This document shows positions 43,938 through 54,731 of a stretch of DNA of 64,000 nt, piece by piece. The position numbers and the translations under genes are program-made. The DNA is from Nannocystis bainbridge (GTDB lineage Bacteria > Myxococcota_A > Polyangia > Nannocystales > Nannocystaceae). The notes under the pieces were generated by a model. That model searched no databases, was not told the DNA's origin, and worked only from the letters and a program-made list of their open reading frames with translations. The first letter of the stretch is position 1, and every line of letters starts with the position of its first letter. The stretch lies in assembly GCF_028368995.1 (NCBI RefSeq), contig NZ_JAQNDL010000002.1, forward strand, positions 384,001-448,000, written 5' to 3'.

Positions 43938-45347
43938 TCACGACGCGGCAGACCTCGCGGTGATTTCTGCCGGGCCACCTCGTTCAAGGGCGGCTGCGAT
44001 GAAGTCGTGGATCGTCTGCGCGATCGATGGATCGAAGTACATGCTGTAGTGGTCGCCGTCAGGCAGCACGAGGCTCGATGCGTGGGGGATCGCGGCGCCG
44101 ATCGCCGCGGCTGCGGCCGGGTGAGCGACCTCGTCTGCGGCGCCGGTCATGACCAGGGTCGGCGCGGTGATCGAGGGCGGCGGACCGCTCGCGCTCTCGG
44201 CGAAGAACTCGCGCAGCAGGAGCGCATAGCGGTGCAGCGCGACCGGGCTGCGGAACGGCATGCTCGCCAGGTGGACGAGCGAAGGGTCGATCTCCCCGAG
44301 CACGTGAGAGACCTGGTCGCGCGCCTCCCCGTCGCGCTCGCCGCCGCCGCCGAACACGACGTGGTGCACGTGGATGAATCGTCGCACGCCGAGGGTCACT
44401 GCCAGATCGAGCACATTGCAGGTCCCGCCGAAGTTGTGCTCGAAGATCATGCTGCGCTGGCGGGCCTCGAAGCTCAGGCTGGCGGCGAAGTGCCACGCGC
44501 TGGTCGGCACGCCGCGGCCCACCGGACGGACCGTGAGGTCGACGCCGCAGCCCGCCTGGCTGCGGCGCTCGGGCGCGGCCGCCGGCTCGATCATCCGCCG
44601 CGGCAATGGGGCGACAGCGCACAGGTACGCGACCTCGTGCTCGTCGATCAGTGCCAGCAATCGTGCGGGCAAGTAGAACGGCGCGGTGTAGAGCCGCACC
44701 GTGGCGCCTTGGGCGAGCGGGAAGAAGATTTCGAGCAACGACACGTCGAAGAACAGCGGCGCGGTGTTGAGGCAGCGCGCGCCGGCCTCGACCGGGTAGT
44801 ACGCGACGATGTCGCGGAAGAACGCGGCCACGTTGGCGTGGGAGATCCGCACGCCCTTCGGGGCGCCCGTCGAGCCCGAGGTGAAGAGGCAATAGGCGTC
44901 GCGCTCTGGCTCGGGACCACGGCGAGGCGCCGCATCATCATCCTCGGCGAGCGTCGCGGTCAGCTCGGCGTCGGCCGCGACGCAGACGACCCCGGGCGCC
45001 GCGTCGGCGACCAGCGCTCGCAGCTCGGGTCGCACGACGGCGTCGCCCGGGGCGATGCGCCCGAGCAGGAGCCGGAGACGGGCCGGCGGCAGCGACGGGT
45101 CGAGCGGCACTGTCACGACCCCGGCCAGCCAGGCGCCGAGCATCGCCGTGACGACGTCGATGGATTTGTCGGCGACGATCACCAGCGGACCGCCGCCGAG
45201 CCGCGCCGCGAACGAGCGCGCCCGCCGGACGAGCGCGCCGTAGGTGACCGAGGCGCGGTCGTCGATGAGCGCGATGCGCTCGGGGCTGGCGGCCGCGTGC
45301 GCTGCGATCGCGTCGGTCGCCAGCGCTGCGGGGTCAGACGCGCGCAT
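43938..45347 (-). pseudogene. Chimeric ORF: truncated adenylation domain + reductase fragment + alpha/beta hydrolase tail
   Basis: YCLFTSGSTGAPKGV and FFDVS present but later A-domain motifs absent; then HFAA..N..GT.NVL..GVRRFIHV; then PTLVMTG..D..GDH. Confidence 0.72.
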
Positions 45348-45573
45348 GGACCCACGCCGTGAGGCTGTCGAGGCTGCGCAGCGCCGCGAAGTCGTCGGCG
45401 CCGCCGCCGAATGCCAGGCCGAAGCGTCGCTCGAGGCGCGCGAGGAACTCGATCACCTCGAGCGAGTCGAAGCCTGCCGCGCCGAGCAGGTCGGCGTCAT
45501 CGGCGATCGTCAGGTCGGGGACATGCTTGATGTCGCGGATATCCGCGACGATGGTGCTCTTGATGTGCATCAT
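45334..45573 (-). CDS. Acyl/peptidyl carrier protein
   Basis: 79 aa; GFDSL phosphopantetheine motif. Confidence 0.85.
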   Translation of the reverse strand: MMHIKSTIVADIRDIKHVPDLTIADDADLLGAAGFDSLEVIEFLARLERRFGLAFGGGADDFAALRSLDSLTAWVHARV

Positions 45574-45603
45574 GGTTCCCTCGTTTAGGAGTGCGGACAG
45601 GGG

Positions 45604-46665
45604 TCAGGCGGACAGAGGCTCGCGGGCGAGGCCCTCGAGGTAGCGGTGCGAGGTCTCCAGGCGGTACAGCGCTCCGATTGCGACCGGGCGCCGGACGTCG
45701 GGAGCCTCGACCAGCGGCGAGATCACCTGATTGAGCCAGCCGCTCGCGTGCTGCGCGTCCATGCGGATGTGCAGGCGGTGGTACTCGAGGCCCTGCTCGC
45801 TCAGCCCATTGCGCCGCCAGCCGGTGACGATGTGTTGAAACCGGTCCGGAACCAGATACTCGGTCACCGCGTAGTAACCGATGGCCTTGTGGAAGTGCCG
45901 GCGGTGCAGGGCGAGCAGCACGGACAGGTTGCCGCACACCAGCGATTCGAGCGACGCGGCGCCGTCGAGGTCGGCTTCGTCGATGCCGACATCCGCGAGC
46001 GCCTGCGTGAACAGGACGGTGTGGGTCGCCGCGAGCGTGCCGTTGCCGATCTCGTCCCAGAAGTTGCGACCGATCTCCAGCTTGACCCCGCCGCTGGTGC
46101 CGAGCTGCAACAGCGCGAGGATGTCGTCGAGGCGCGCGTCGATCGTGCTCTCATCGACGAAGAACCGCCGCAGGTCGGCGAGCCCGGCCCGCTGCGCCAG
46201 GAAATCGGTGTAGTACGGGTGCTTGTAGGCGGGGTGGGCGTGGATCAGCCGGGTCAACCACCGGCGGAACGCGCCTGGCTCGCGCGGCATGTCGTCCAGC
46301 GGCGAGAGGTCGATGGAGCGCTCGAGGTCCGCGAGGAACGCCCGCTCCGCGAACCCGGCGATGTCGGCGAGGATGCCCGCGAACTGCGGGTGTGCGCGTC
46401 CGGGCTTGGGGATCTTCAGGTGGAGGTCGTAGAGCGCGTGCAGCACCCGATGCAGCTCGAGCGCGTAGCCCGGGTCGCCCGCCGCCTTGTCGCACACCTG
46501 CGCGGTCAGCCGGAGCAAGGCGTCGCGCCGCTCGGCGTCGGCGAACAAACCACCGAGCTCGTCGGCGTCGAGGCGCAACAGCTCGCGGACGACGGTGGTC
46601 AGCGGCCCCGGCCCGGTCTGCATCGAGCGCGCCGGCTCGAGCGCGCGCAGTAGTTCGAGGCTCAT
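45604..46665 (-). CDS. Heme-oxygenase-like diiron oxidase (iron-containing redox enzyme)
   Basis: NFWDEIGNG...HTVLF, TE, YHRLHIRMDAQHASGW diiron ligand pattern; ATG 46665. Confidence 0.85.
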   Translation of the reverse strand: MSLELLRALEPARSMQTGPGPLTTVVRELLRLDADELGGLFADAERRDALLRLTAQVCDKAAGDPGYALELHRVLHALYDLHLKIPKPGRAHPQFAGILADIAGFAERAFLADLERSIDLSPLDDMPREPGAFRRWLTRLIHAHPAYKHPYYTDFLAQRAGLADLRRFFVDESTIDARLDDILALLQLGTSGGVKLEIGRNFWDEIGNGTLAATHTVLFTQALADVGIDEADLDGAASLESLVCGNLSVLLALHRRHFHKAIGYYAVTEYLVPDRFQHIVTGWRRNGLSEQGLEYHRLHIRMDAQHASGWLNQVISPLVEAPDVRRPVAIGALYRLETSHRYLEGLAREPLSA

Positions 46666-46730
46666 GACAACACCGCCATCCGCTCGGAGACGATGGCCAT
46701 CGCGTCGACCTCGAACCACGCGGTGTCATG
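46662..46730 (-). pseudogene. 3' remnant of an upstream gene (RidA/chorismatase-like tail)
   Basis: Manual translation HDTAWFEVDAMAIVSERMAVLS*; its TGA overlaps the HDO ATG. Confidence 0.4.
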
Positions 46731-46999
46731 TGTGCGGGTTTTATGGGGAACAATCATCATACAAGCGCGCGCTTTCGTGATTTGTCAGGACTTGCGGCCG
46801 CACGAGTCATCGTGCTTCGGCCTCGCCGCGGCAACCTAACAGGGCGGGGCCGGGCCGAAATTGCATCCGAATTACACGAATGCAGGCTCGAAATTATCTC
46901 CCGGATCCGGACTCACCGCATCGTCAGACGCGCGCGCACAGTAGGGTGGGGGGCGTCCAGCGGCCGGAGACGGGTCCGCGCCCACCGTGTGAGTGCGCT

Positions 47000-47266
47000 A
47001 CACATGAGGCGCCGTTGAACGAGCGTCTGGAGCAGGCCGGCGTGCCGCTGCTCGCCGTGTTCGGCGAGCAGGACCAGATCTACGCCGCACACGAGGCTTT
47101 GCGAGCCTACGCGAAGGTCACGGGGTCCCAGACCCGGCTCATCCCGGACGCGGGCCACGCTCCGAACGTCGAGCAACCGAGGGTGCTGGCGCAACTGATC
47201 CTGGCCTTCTCGGCCCCGGCGGACCCCGGCGGCGAACGACGCCATGAAGAGCGGTCCAGTCGGTGA
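47000..47266 (+). pseudogene. C-terminal fragment of an alpha/beta hydrolase
   Basis: VPLLAVFGEQDQI..IPDAGHAPNVEQP; no N-terminal part. Confidence 0.7.
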
Positions 47267-47599
47267 GACGGGCGTGAGACCGGGGTGATCGTCGCGCTCG
47301 GCGGGGTGAACCCGTACTACGATGATTGCCGCTCGGGCTTGCTGTGATTCAGCGCCAACCTCGACTCGGACTCGCGTTCGGGCAGCTCAGCAGCCATCGG
47401 GACGAGGTCGGCGTGTCGAGCATGGCATCGGCGCTCGACCTCGCACGCTCCAGTCAGGGTCGACCGTGTCGCAGTAAGAGATCGATCGCGTCGAGCCTGT
47501 CACCGGCGAGATCGACAGCGTCGCAGTCCGTCGTCCGTCTCGTCCTCGCCTGTCCCTCGGGACAGCACGTGCCCGTCCAGGACCTGTTAGCATGGGCCC

Positions 47600-48631
47600 G
47601 TGACCGACGAACACTGCGCGGACGCTGTCCAGATCCTCTCGCTCCGCGAGGTAGTGCGCAAACGGCCCGCCATGTACGTCGGGGGGACCGACGAGGGGAC
47701 TGGCCCGTTGCACCTCCTGCTGGACGTCCTCGCCGGTGCCGTCGAGCTGGCCGTGCGCGGTCGCTGCACCCGCATCGACATCGTCGTCGAGGCCGACGAC
47801 CACATCACTGTCGCCGACGACGGCCCCGGCATCCCGGCGGCCGCGCTCGTCGACCTCCTCGAGGTCCCCGCGGGCCGGACCCGCGGCGAACTCACGTTCC
47901 TCTGCTCCGACCTGCCGCTCGCCGTCGCCCTGTGCGACCCCCTCGAGATCGACACCGTCCACGCCGGCGAGCAGGCGAGCGTGGTCTATGCCGCCGGCTT
48001 GCAGCGCGCTCCCGTGCGGGTGGCCCCTGCCGCACGGTCGTCGGGTACCCGGATCCGCTTCCGCCCCGATCCGCACATCTTCCAGTGCACGCGTGTCCCG
48101 CGGGCCGAGGCGGCGCGGCGCCTCGCCGACCTCGCGTTCGTCCTCCCCGCGGTGTCGCTGTCGTGGACGTTCGCCGAGCCCCGCGTAGCGAACCTCGCCG
48201 ATCGCGTGCGTGTCGAAGTCGGGGCCTCGCCTTTCGGTGTTGCCCACCACCATGGCGCCTACGGCACCGGCGAGCGTCCGATCGCCGTCGAAGTCGCCCT
48301 CGCCTGGCGCGCCGAGCCGCGCGGACGGCCGCCGCAGATTCATGCCTTCGCCAACCTCCGGCCGAGCGCGGGCGGCCAGCACGTCCTCGGCGTCGCGGCG
48401 GGCGTGCGCCGGTTCCTGAAGGCCCGCGGCGACCGCGGCCTCCACGACCTCGTCGCCGCCGTCGCCGTGCAGCTCACCGACCCCCGATTCCGCGGAGCGT
48501 CGCAGAGCGTGCTGCTAGACGCAGGGGTGCGTGCCGCCGTCAAGCAGGCGACCCTGATCGCCTTGATGTCCTGGGCCGTGCGCGACCCGGAGGCCGTCGA
48601 AGCGCTGCATCGCCGTACGCGGGCCCGCTGA
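47600..48631 (+). CDS. Truncated, degenerate GyrB/ParE-like protein (GHKL + transducer only)
   Basis: IL..REVVRKRPAMYVG, ITVADDGPGIP, GTRIRFRPD, FAN...GGQH..G, DPRF.G; no TOPRIM domain. Confidence 0.8.
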   Translation: MTDEHCADAVQILSLREVVRKRPAMYVGGTDEGTGPLHLLLDVLAGAVELAVRGRCTRIDIVVEADDHITVADDGPGIPAAALVDLLEVPAGRTRGELTFLCSDLPLAVALCDPLEIDTVHAGEQASVVYAAGLQRAPVRVAPAARSSGTRIRFRPDPHIFQCTRVPRAEAARRLADLAFVLPAVSLSWTFAEPRVANLADRVRVEVGASPFGVAHHHGAYGTGERPIAVEVALAWRAEPRGRPPQIHAFANLRPSAGGQHVLGVAAGVRRFLKARGDRGLHDLVAAVAVQLTDPRFRGASQSVLLDAGVRAAVKQATLIALMSWAVRDPEAVEALHRRTRAR

Positions 48632-48760
48632 CCGCCGTGACCCGAACACGCAGAGGGGGTAGGACGGGTGGCTGACGTCGAGCAGGTCACTGATGTGGGG
48701 ATCGATTCGTCGATCTCGAAGCGGGCGCCGCCCTTGAAGCATTGGACGAGCGCATGGACG

Positions 48761-49417
48761 TCATTGGTGAGGAACGGGATCTCGTCGGGGCTGCGCCCGC
48801 AGCTGCTCGTAAAGCCGCTCGCTCGGGGTCGGACCCTCGGGCACCGGGTCCGGTTGGCCGGGCAGGGCCTCGTGTACGTTCATGGAGCCCGTCGCCTCGT
48901 ACCACGTATGGAAGTCGAGGACCTCGACCTGCCCGCCGCGCACCCGGAGCTGGCCCGCGCTGGTGGTGAGGCGCTCGTGTCCGCCATCGGCGCTCGTCCC
49001 GAGGACCATGACCACGATTTCAACGTACCCGTCTGGCAGCCGCGGCATGGCGATCTGCCACGGCCGAGCGGTGGACAGGCCGGGTACCCGGACCTCGGGG
49101 CCGAGGACCGCCGGGACAAGCTCCTCGCCGCGCCCATCGACGATCATCATGCCCGTGGCGAACACGAGGTCGCTGTCGGTGTTGTTGGTGATCTCGGAGG
49201 TCACGGCGGAGGCGGTGATCACGGAGCACATCACGAGCTCGGATTGTGCGCCGGTGCAGGCGTGCGCGAGCTTGAGGCTCGCCGCGCATAACGGCTCGTC
49301 GACGGGCTGGACCAGCGGGGGCTCCGGCGCCGGTCGCCGCATGCACGCAGCGAACGCGACGAGGACGAAGATCGCACACGTATCCGGGCGCCAGAGCATC
49401 GTCGACCTACTTCGCAC
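48761..49417 (-). CDS. Hypothetical lipoprotein
   Basis: FAAC lipobox after a hydrophobic stretch; start uncertain. Confidence 0.55.
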   Translation of the reverse strand: MRSRSTMLWRPDTCAIFVLVAFAACMRRPAPEPPLVQPVDEPLCAASLKLAHACTGAQSELVMCSVITASAVTSEITNNTDSDLVFATGMMIVDGRGEELVPAVLGPEVRVPGLSTARPWQIAMPRLPDGYVEIVVMVLGTSADGGHERLTTSAGQLRVRGGQVEVLDFHTWYEATGSMNVHEALPGQPDPVPEGPTPSERLYEQLRAQPRRDPVPHQ

Positions 49418-49479
49418 GCGGCGAAGCTGATGGTCAATCGCCGCAGCTCACGGTCGCTGGCGCGCCAGCGCTCGGACAT

Positions 49480-49780
49480 CGCAGCAACGAGTCGTGTTCG
49501 CGGTCGGCATCGATGCTCTCGATCGCCTCCGCTCGCGGCTCATTCCAACTCCGCTGGAGGATGCTCAAGGCGACGCTGCTTATGGTCCTGGACTCGCTGC
49601 GGAGTGACCGGATGTTCTGCGAGCAGCTCGACCACAATCTCCTGTTCCGCTGGTTTCTCGCCATGGACATGAGGGAGGACGCGTCCCACCCGACGACGTT
49701 CACGAAGAACCGCGAGCGACTCAGGGTCCACGAGCACGTGCTGATGGGGAACCGCGACGGGCTCATCGTCGGCATGTGCA
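49480..49780 (+). mobile_element. IS5-family transposase remnant, internally deleted
   Basis: LKATLLMVL.SLRSDRMFCEQLDHNLLFRWFL...HPTTFTKNRERL joined directly to HVLM.NR.GLIV. Confidence 0.8.
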
Positions 49781-49866
49781 TCAAGCCCGGCGCGGGAGGC
49801 CGACTGCAGCTTCGCGCGTGCGGGCGCTGGGGCCGGGCGATCGGCACGTCATGATACGCTGCGCCG

Positions 49867-51879
49867 ATGTTCGCTCGGCCCGCGCCCCGTGGCTCTCTCC
49901 TCGTCGCGCTGGCGCTCCTCGCCGGCGGGCCGGCCTGCAAGGACCCCCAGCAGCCGGAGTCGGCAGTGAGCGCGGCCAGCGAGCCCGCCCCCGCGGCGCT
50001 CGTCGACGAGCACTTCCGCTTCCGCATCGACTGGCCCGGCGCGGGCTGGACAATGCTGTCGCGCGACGAGGCGCGGCAGCTCGCCCCGAGCGCGGTCGCC
50101 GGGGCTCGCCACGCCTCGGGCGTGTCCGCGATCGTCCTCGTCAAGTTCGCGCCTGGGCTGACCGTCGACGCGTACGCCGAGAGGCTGCTGCCGACGCTGC
50201 TCGACGGCAGGGTCGAGCTGGAGTCGCGCGAGGTCGTGACGTTCGCCGGCCAGGACGCGCGCCGGATCGTCTACGTCGGTGAGAAAGACGGCCTCACCTA
50301 CCGCTGGATCTACACCGGCTTCGTGCGCCAGGACCACGCTTACTGCATCTATGGCTCGGGACTCGCGCACGCGGTGTCACTGCCGGCGCTCGAGCCGTTG
50401 CTGCGCGCCTTCTCGCTGCTGCCCGGGGAGATATCCGCTCCGCCGGTCGTGGCGACGGCCGACCAGCGCGGGCCCGGCTGGCGCGTCCGGGGCGGCGTGT
50501 TCGAGAGCGCGGTGTCGGGGCTGCGCGTCGCGCCGCCGCCGGGCTGGCGGCTGCTCGTCGGCGACGAGCTGATGCGCATGAACCCCGACGCCGAGGTCGG
50601 CCTCCAGACGGAGGGGCTCGGCGCCCAGCTCGTCGTCGTCCCCGAGCGCTTCCGCGGCGACGCGGCGACCTACCGCACGCGGATCCACGGCATGTGGATG
50701 GACGATCGCACGACGTCGCCCCTCGACCCGTGGACGGTCGAGCTCGCCGGCGAGCCGGTCGCGCTCCTGCGCGTCGCCGACGATCGGCTCGAGTACGCGG
50801 TCGGCACCCGCGTGGCTGACGGCTTTGGGCTGCAATTCGCGGCCTCGTATCCGCCCGCGCCGGGCGAAGCGGCGCGCGCCGGGCTCGACGAGGCGTTCGC
50901 CGCGGTCGCGCTGGTGGACCCGACCGCCCGTGCCACGCTGGGCGAGGAGCTGGCGGCGCTGGGAGACCCTCAGAGCGACATCGGCTCGCGGCACAGCCTG
51001 CGCGGCGGGGTCTTCCGCGACTTCGCGGCGCGCGTCGTCTGGCGCGCGCCGCCGGGCTTCTGGCGCCTGATCGCCCGCGACGACCCCGAATCGCCCGACC
51101 GCGAGGTACTGGAGTTCGAGCACCCGGCGAGCGGGCTGTGGGGCGGCCTCGTCGTCGCCGAGCGCCCGGGCGTCGACCCGGACGCGTGGCACGCGGAGCG
51201 CGTCGCGGAGCGCGGCGGCGTCGCTACGCACGTGAAGGGCCTCGCGCTCGGGCGCGGCGCGGCCCGGTTCGCGCGCGTGACGATCGCCCACGAGGGGATC
51301 GAGGTCGCGTACACGATCGCGACCGCCGTCCACGGCGACGCGGCGATCGAGCTGTCGACGCAAGCGTTTGCGAGCGAGCTCGGGCAGGTCGAGGCCGAGC
51401 TGGGCCGGGTGTTCGCCGGCCTCGAGCTCGCGCCGGCGCTACCGATGTCGCGGCAGGACGGCGGCGAGCACGTCGACGAGCGCCGCGGCTTCGCCGTGCG
51501 AGTGCCGGCCGGCTGGGAACTCGCCGAGGAGAAGTTCGGCGACGGCGGTGACGGAGTCGACATGGCGCAGTGGCGCCGCGGCTTCCAGACCTTCCTCGTC
51601 ATGGTCCTCGACTCCGGTCAGGGCCCGCTGACCGCTGAGTACGGGCGCAAGCTCTCCGTGCAGTCGATGCGCAAGCTGTTCTCACAGGACGCCGGCGAGC
51701 CCCGCGAGACGGTGACGACGCTCGCCGGCGCCCCGGCCGAGCGCCTGTCGTGGACGGGCGGCCCGGGCGGCGTCGAGCTGGTGACGGCGACGTTCGCCGA
51801 GCGCATATACTTGATCGTCGCCGAGAACCTCGAGCCCGCCGAGTTCGAGGCGACGCTCGCCAGCTTCCGGGCGCTGTGA
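49867..51879 (+). CDS. Hypothetical lipoprotein with repeated domains
   Basis: GPAC lipobox; repeats beginning F...P..GW (PsbP-like pattern, tentative). Confidence 0.72.
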   Translation: MFARPAPRGSLLVALALLAGGPACKDPQQPESAVSAASEPAPAALVDEHFRFRIDWPGAGWTMLSRDEARQLAPSAVAGARHASGVSAIVLVKFAPGLTVDAYAERLLPTLLDGRVELESREVVTFAGQDARRIVYVGEKDGLTYRWIYTGFVRQDHAYCIYGSGLAHAVSLPALEPLLRAFSLLPGEISAPPVVATADQRGPGWRVRGGVFESAVSGLRVAPPPGWRLLVGDELMRMNPDAEVGLQTEGLGAQLVVVPERFRGDAATYRTRIHGMWMDDRTTSPLDPWTVELAGEPVALLRVADDRLEYAVGTRVADGFGLQFAASYPPAPGEAARAGLDEAFAAVALVDPTARATLGEELAALGDPQSDIGSRHSLRGGVFRDFAARVVWRAPPGFWRLIARDDPESPDREVLEFEHPASGLWGGLVVAERPGVDPDAWHAERVAERGGVATHVKGLALGRGAARFARVTIAHEGIEVAYTIATAVHGDAAIELSTQAFASELGQVEAELGRVFAGLELAPALPMSRQDGGEHVDERRGFAVRVPAGWELAEEKFGDGGDGVDMAQWRRGFQTFLVMVLDSGQGPLTAEYGRKLSVQSMRKLFSQDAGEPRETVTTLAGAPAERLSWTGGPGGVELVTATFAERIYLIVAENLEPAEFEATLASFRAL

Positions 51880-52057
51880 CCCGCGGTCGAGACGCAGCGC
51901 TGCTTCGAGACGGGTTTTGGTGATATGGCCTGCAGGCCCAGTCAGGCCCCTATAAGGGCCCGAATTCGAGGGCTTGTATCGCAGACGATGCCGGGAACCC
52001 TGTCCCAGGAGAACGGAGATCTTGACGACGCGGACGCCTCCGTCCATGCGCCCTTCG

Positions 52058-52468
52058 TTACACCACGGGAAAGTTCACGACCGTCAGTTGTCCTCTGAAG
52101 CTTCCGGCTCCGTCGCCCGGCACGATTACCGGCACATTCGCGAAGTCCAGGTTCGGCACGTCCTGGGTGATGTGGAGCGGCTCACCTTCGGGATCCGTGG
52201 TAGTGCAGTCGGTGCCCTCGAGCAAAGTAAACGTAGCGCCGAGCTGGACGGTTGTCCCATCACCGAGCAAAGCGCCTGTAATCTGAACGACGAGCCGGAC
52301 TTCATCACCCGCACACGGGTAATCGACATTGATCAAGCTGATCACCTGACCGGGGCCTCCGACGACGGCGGCGCCCTCGAGAGCGACCGGCGCGGTCTCA
52401 TCGGTCCACGGCCAGTTCTCGTCGTCAGTCAGCGTTCCGGTCAGCTTGACAGAGATCCTCTGCGCCAT
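52058..52468 (-). CDS. Hypothetical acidic beta-rich protein
   Basis: ATG 52468 with gaggag RBS; lower GC than flanking genes. Confidence 0.55.
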   Translation of the reverse strand: MAQRISVKLTGTLTDDENWPWTDETAPVALEGAAVVGGPGQVISLINVDYPCAGDEVRLVVQITGALLGDGTTVQLGATFTLLEGTDCTTTDPEGEPLHITQDVPNLDFANVPVIVPGDGAGSFRGQLTVVNFPVV

Positions 52469-53199
52469 TTCACGCTCCTCTCGCTTCAAAGTATGGAGCA
52501 GGAATTCTCCGGTGAAGGTGGCGAGGTGATCAATGGCATACCCTCCGGAACCGTCTCTTGGCATGCCACGCGCGGAAGGGCCCGTATCGCCGCGGGCGAG
52601 TGCTGCGCAGGCGAAGACCGTTCCTTTGCTCAGTTCGCCGCTCGATCCGTTACCGGCATCCTCTTGGAACGTCGAGTGCCTGTCCCAGCATACGATCTCG
52701 CATCACTTGAATTCGGTGGGGCGATATCATGAGTGACGACGGTAAAGCCACTCGACTGGATGGAACGAGAAGGCTGTCGGCGCGCTCAGGGTGTGCGATC
52801 TGTGATGCACGGCGTGTACGTATCTGAACCTCAAACGTGTAAACCAGGCGCAGAAATGTCTGCACACCGACGACGGGGAGAGATGGGCTGTCGAAGCGTA
52901 CGATCGTGAGGCTCCGCGCGATGTCGCTTGTCAGCGCATTACTTCGGGCGATCCCCCTTGCGAGCCGGACGGACCGCAGTGGGAGAAGCGACGATGGCCT
53001 GTTCACGCTGCGGCGCACGCTCAGCACCGTGGCTCCGCCGTCACTGGCTGCCTTCCTCCCGCCTGCCGTGATCGCTGTCGACGCTGGCTCGACGGCCCGA
53101 CACCCGCTCATCATGGGTGCGTCGCCCCCGTTCGTCGTCCGCGGTCGCGTGAGGGCTGTGCTGGAACGCTCGGGACGACGGGAGCGTGGCGTCGCCCCG

Positions 53200-53820
53200 C
53201 TACCCCTCGCAGCCCCAGGGGACCGCGGTGCCGCAGTCGGAGATGAGCCCTTGCTCGCCCTCCGCCTCGGCGCATTTTTGGAGGCAAAGCTCGCCGCGAC
53301 GGAGCGGCTCGCCGGCCGCGGTCAAAAAATCGACCTCCGCGTCGTCCTTGCCGACTTGCTTCAGGTATAGCGAATCACAATCGGGCCCTATCTCGATAAA
53401 GAGTCGGTCGATGCCGCCGTGCGGCATGAACTCGTGCGAACCACCGGCCGGCTCCAAAAGGATCACGCCGTCGACGGGCCCGCTCGGCCGATACTCGTAG
53501 GAATGCGGGCCCCAGGCGCAGCTCTCGGTGCGGAGCGTCGCCCCGTCGGGACGTAGCTCGAAGCGCGTGAAGCCGAACGCGCTGCCGCCGTTTTCCCACG
53601 ACGCCGGAACGTTGACCGGGAACTGATCAGAGAGGGCGTACCACGGGCCGTACCATGGTTCGAGTTCGACGGCGTCGCCGTTGGTGCCGGTGCCCGTCGA
53701 CTCCGAGATACCCCCGGTCTCCGCCGTCCCCGCCTCGCCCGCCTCCTGAAGCCCGTGGCCGGAGACGTCCGAGTCCCATTCGCTCGGCGTACAGGCCAGC
53801 GTCATGACGGACAGCAGCAT
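53200..53820 (-). CDS. Hypothetical lipoprotein
   Basis: TLAC lipobox, G/T/E linker, Cys-containing C-terminal domain; start uncertain. Confidence 0.6.
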   Translation of the reverse strand: MLLSVMTLACTPSEWDSDVSGHGLQEAGEAGTAETGGISESTGTGTNGDAVELEPWYGPWYALSDQFPVNVPASWENGGSAFGFTRFELRPDGATLRTESCAWGPHSYEYRPSGPVDGVILLEPAGGSHEFMPHGGIDRLFIEIGPDCDSLYLKQVGKDDAEVDFLTAAGEPLRRGELCLQKCAEAEGEQGLISDCGTAVPWGCEG

Positions 53821-54239
53821 CGCCGATAAAGGGGCTGATAGGCATTGTATGCGCCTGTACGTCCTTCGCGTATGTGCCACAGGATAGATGGTTTTTGGCA
53901 CGTGCGAGGCTACCTGGCATACGGTGCAACGCAATATTTGGGGAGGTCGAGGCCACAAAAGAAGCATCCTTATCGGCGAACCTAGCCGACTTCAGGTCCT
54001 CGGTGCAGCGGGTAAACTCCGTAAACTTTTGGACGCGCAGGGGCTGCGCTCCCCTCGGTCTGCTCCCAAGAGTTCGTGGCCCTGGAAGTCACGGGGAGGT
54101 CGGATCGAGGGTATCGAGCGTCTGCGCCGTGGTAGACCATGTTCTCGGTGCTGCATGATCGATTGACTCGGGACCCACGAGCGACGCCCTGAAGCTGCCC
54201 GATTTGGTGGACACCCTCGATGAGCCGGGGACCCGCCGA

Positions 54240-54731
54240 TCAGCCCTTCGCGTCGCGGACGTCTTCGCCCCGCTCGGCGAACGCCTTGAAGTCCTGCATG
54301 TGCTGCTGCGACTGCTTGCGGAAGGCGCCGGGCATCAGGAGTCCCACCATTCGCATCATCAGGCCGCTGAACCGGTACTCGCTCTCGCTCTCCCAGAGCG
54401 TCGTCTGCGGGCCGGCTTCGGTCAGCCGGTCGCGTACGGCGCTCCACATGCCGCCGCCGACGATCTCGCGTTCGAAATGGACGACGCTCGCACTCGGAAT
54501 GTCGTGCAGGTCCACCGGTTCCCGGCGTGTGACGGTCTCGGTGCCCTCGAACTTCTGGTTGCCCATCTGCAGCACGACCCGCGACGTGGTGCCGGCGTGG
54601 CCGTGCGCCCCTTGGAGCGGCTCGTGCAGCACCAGGCCCCGTAGCCACTTCGGCAGATGTGCCGGGTCTGCGAGCAGCTGGGCCGCCCTCTCCCGCGGCA
54701 GGGCGAGCTCGATCGATACGGTGTACTTCAT
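54240..54731 (-). CDS. SRPBCC family protein
   Basis: MKYTVSIELALPRE...DP..LPKW..GL; C-terminal AFRKQSQQHMQDFKAFAE helix. Confidence 0.85.
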   Translation of the reverse strand: MKYTVSIELALPRERAAQLLADPAHLPKWLRGLVLHEPLQGAHGHAGTTSRVVLQMGNQKFEGTETVTRREPVDLHDIPSASVVHFEREIVGGGMWSAVRDRLTEAGPQTTLWESESEYRFSGLMMRMVGLLMPGAFRKQSQQHMQDFKAFAERGEDVRDAKG

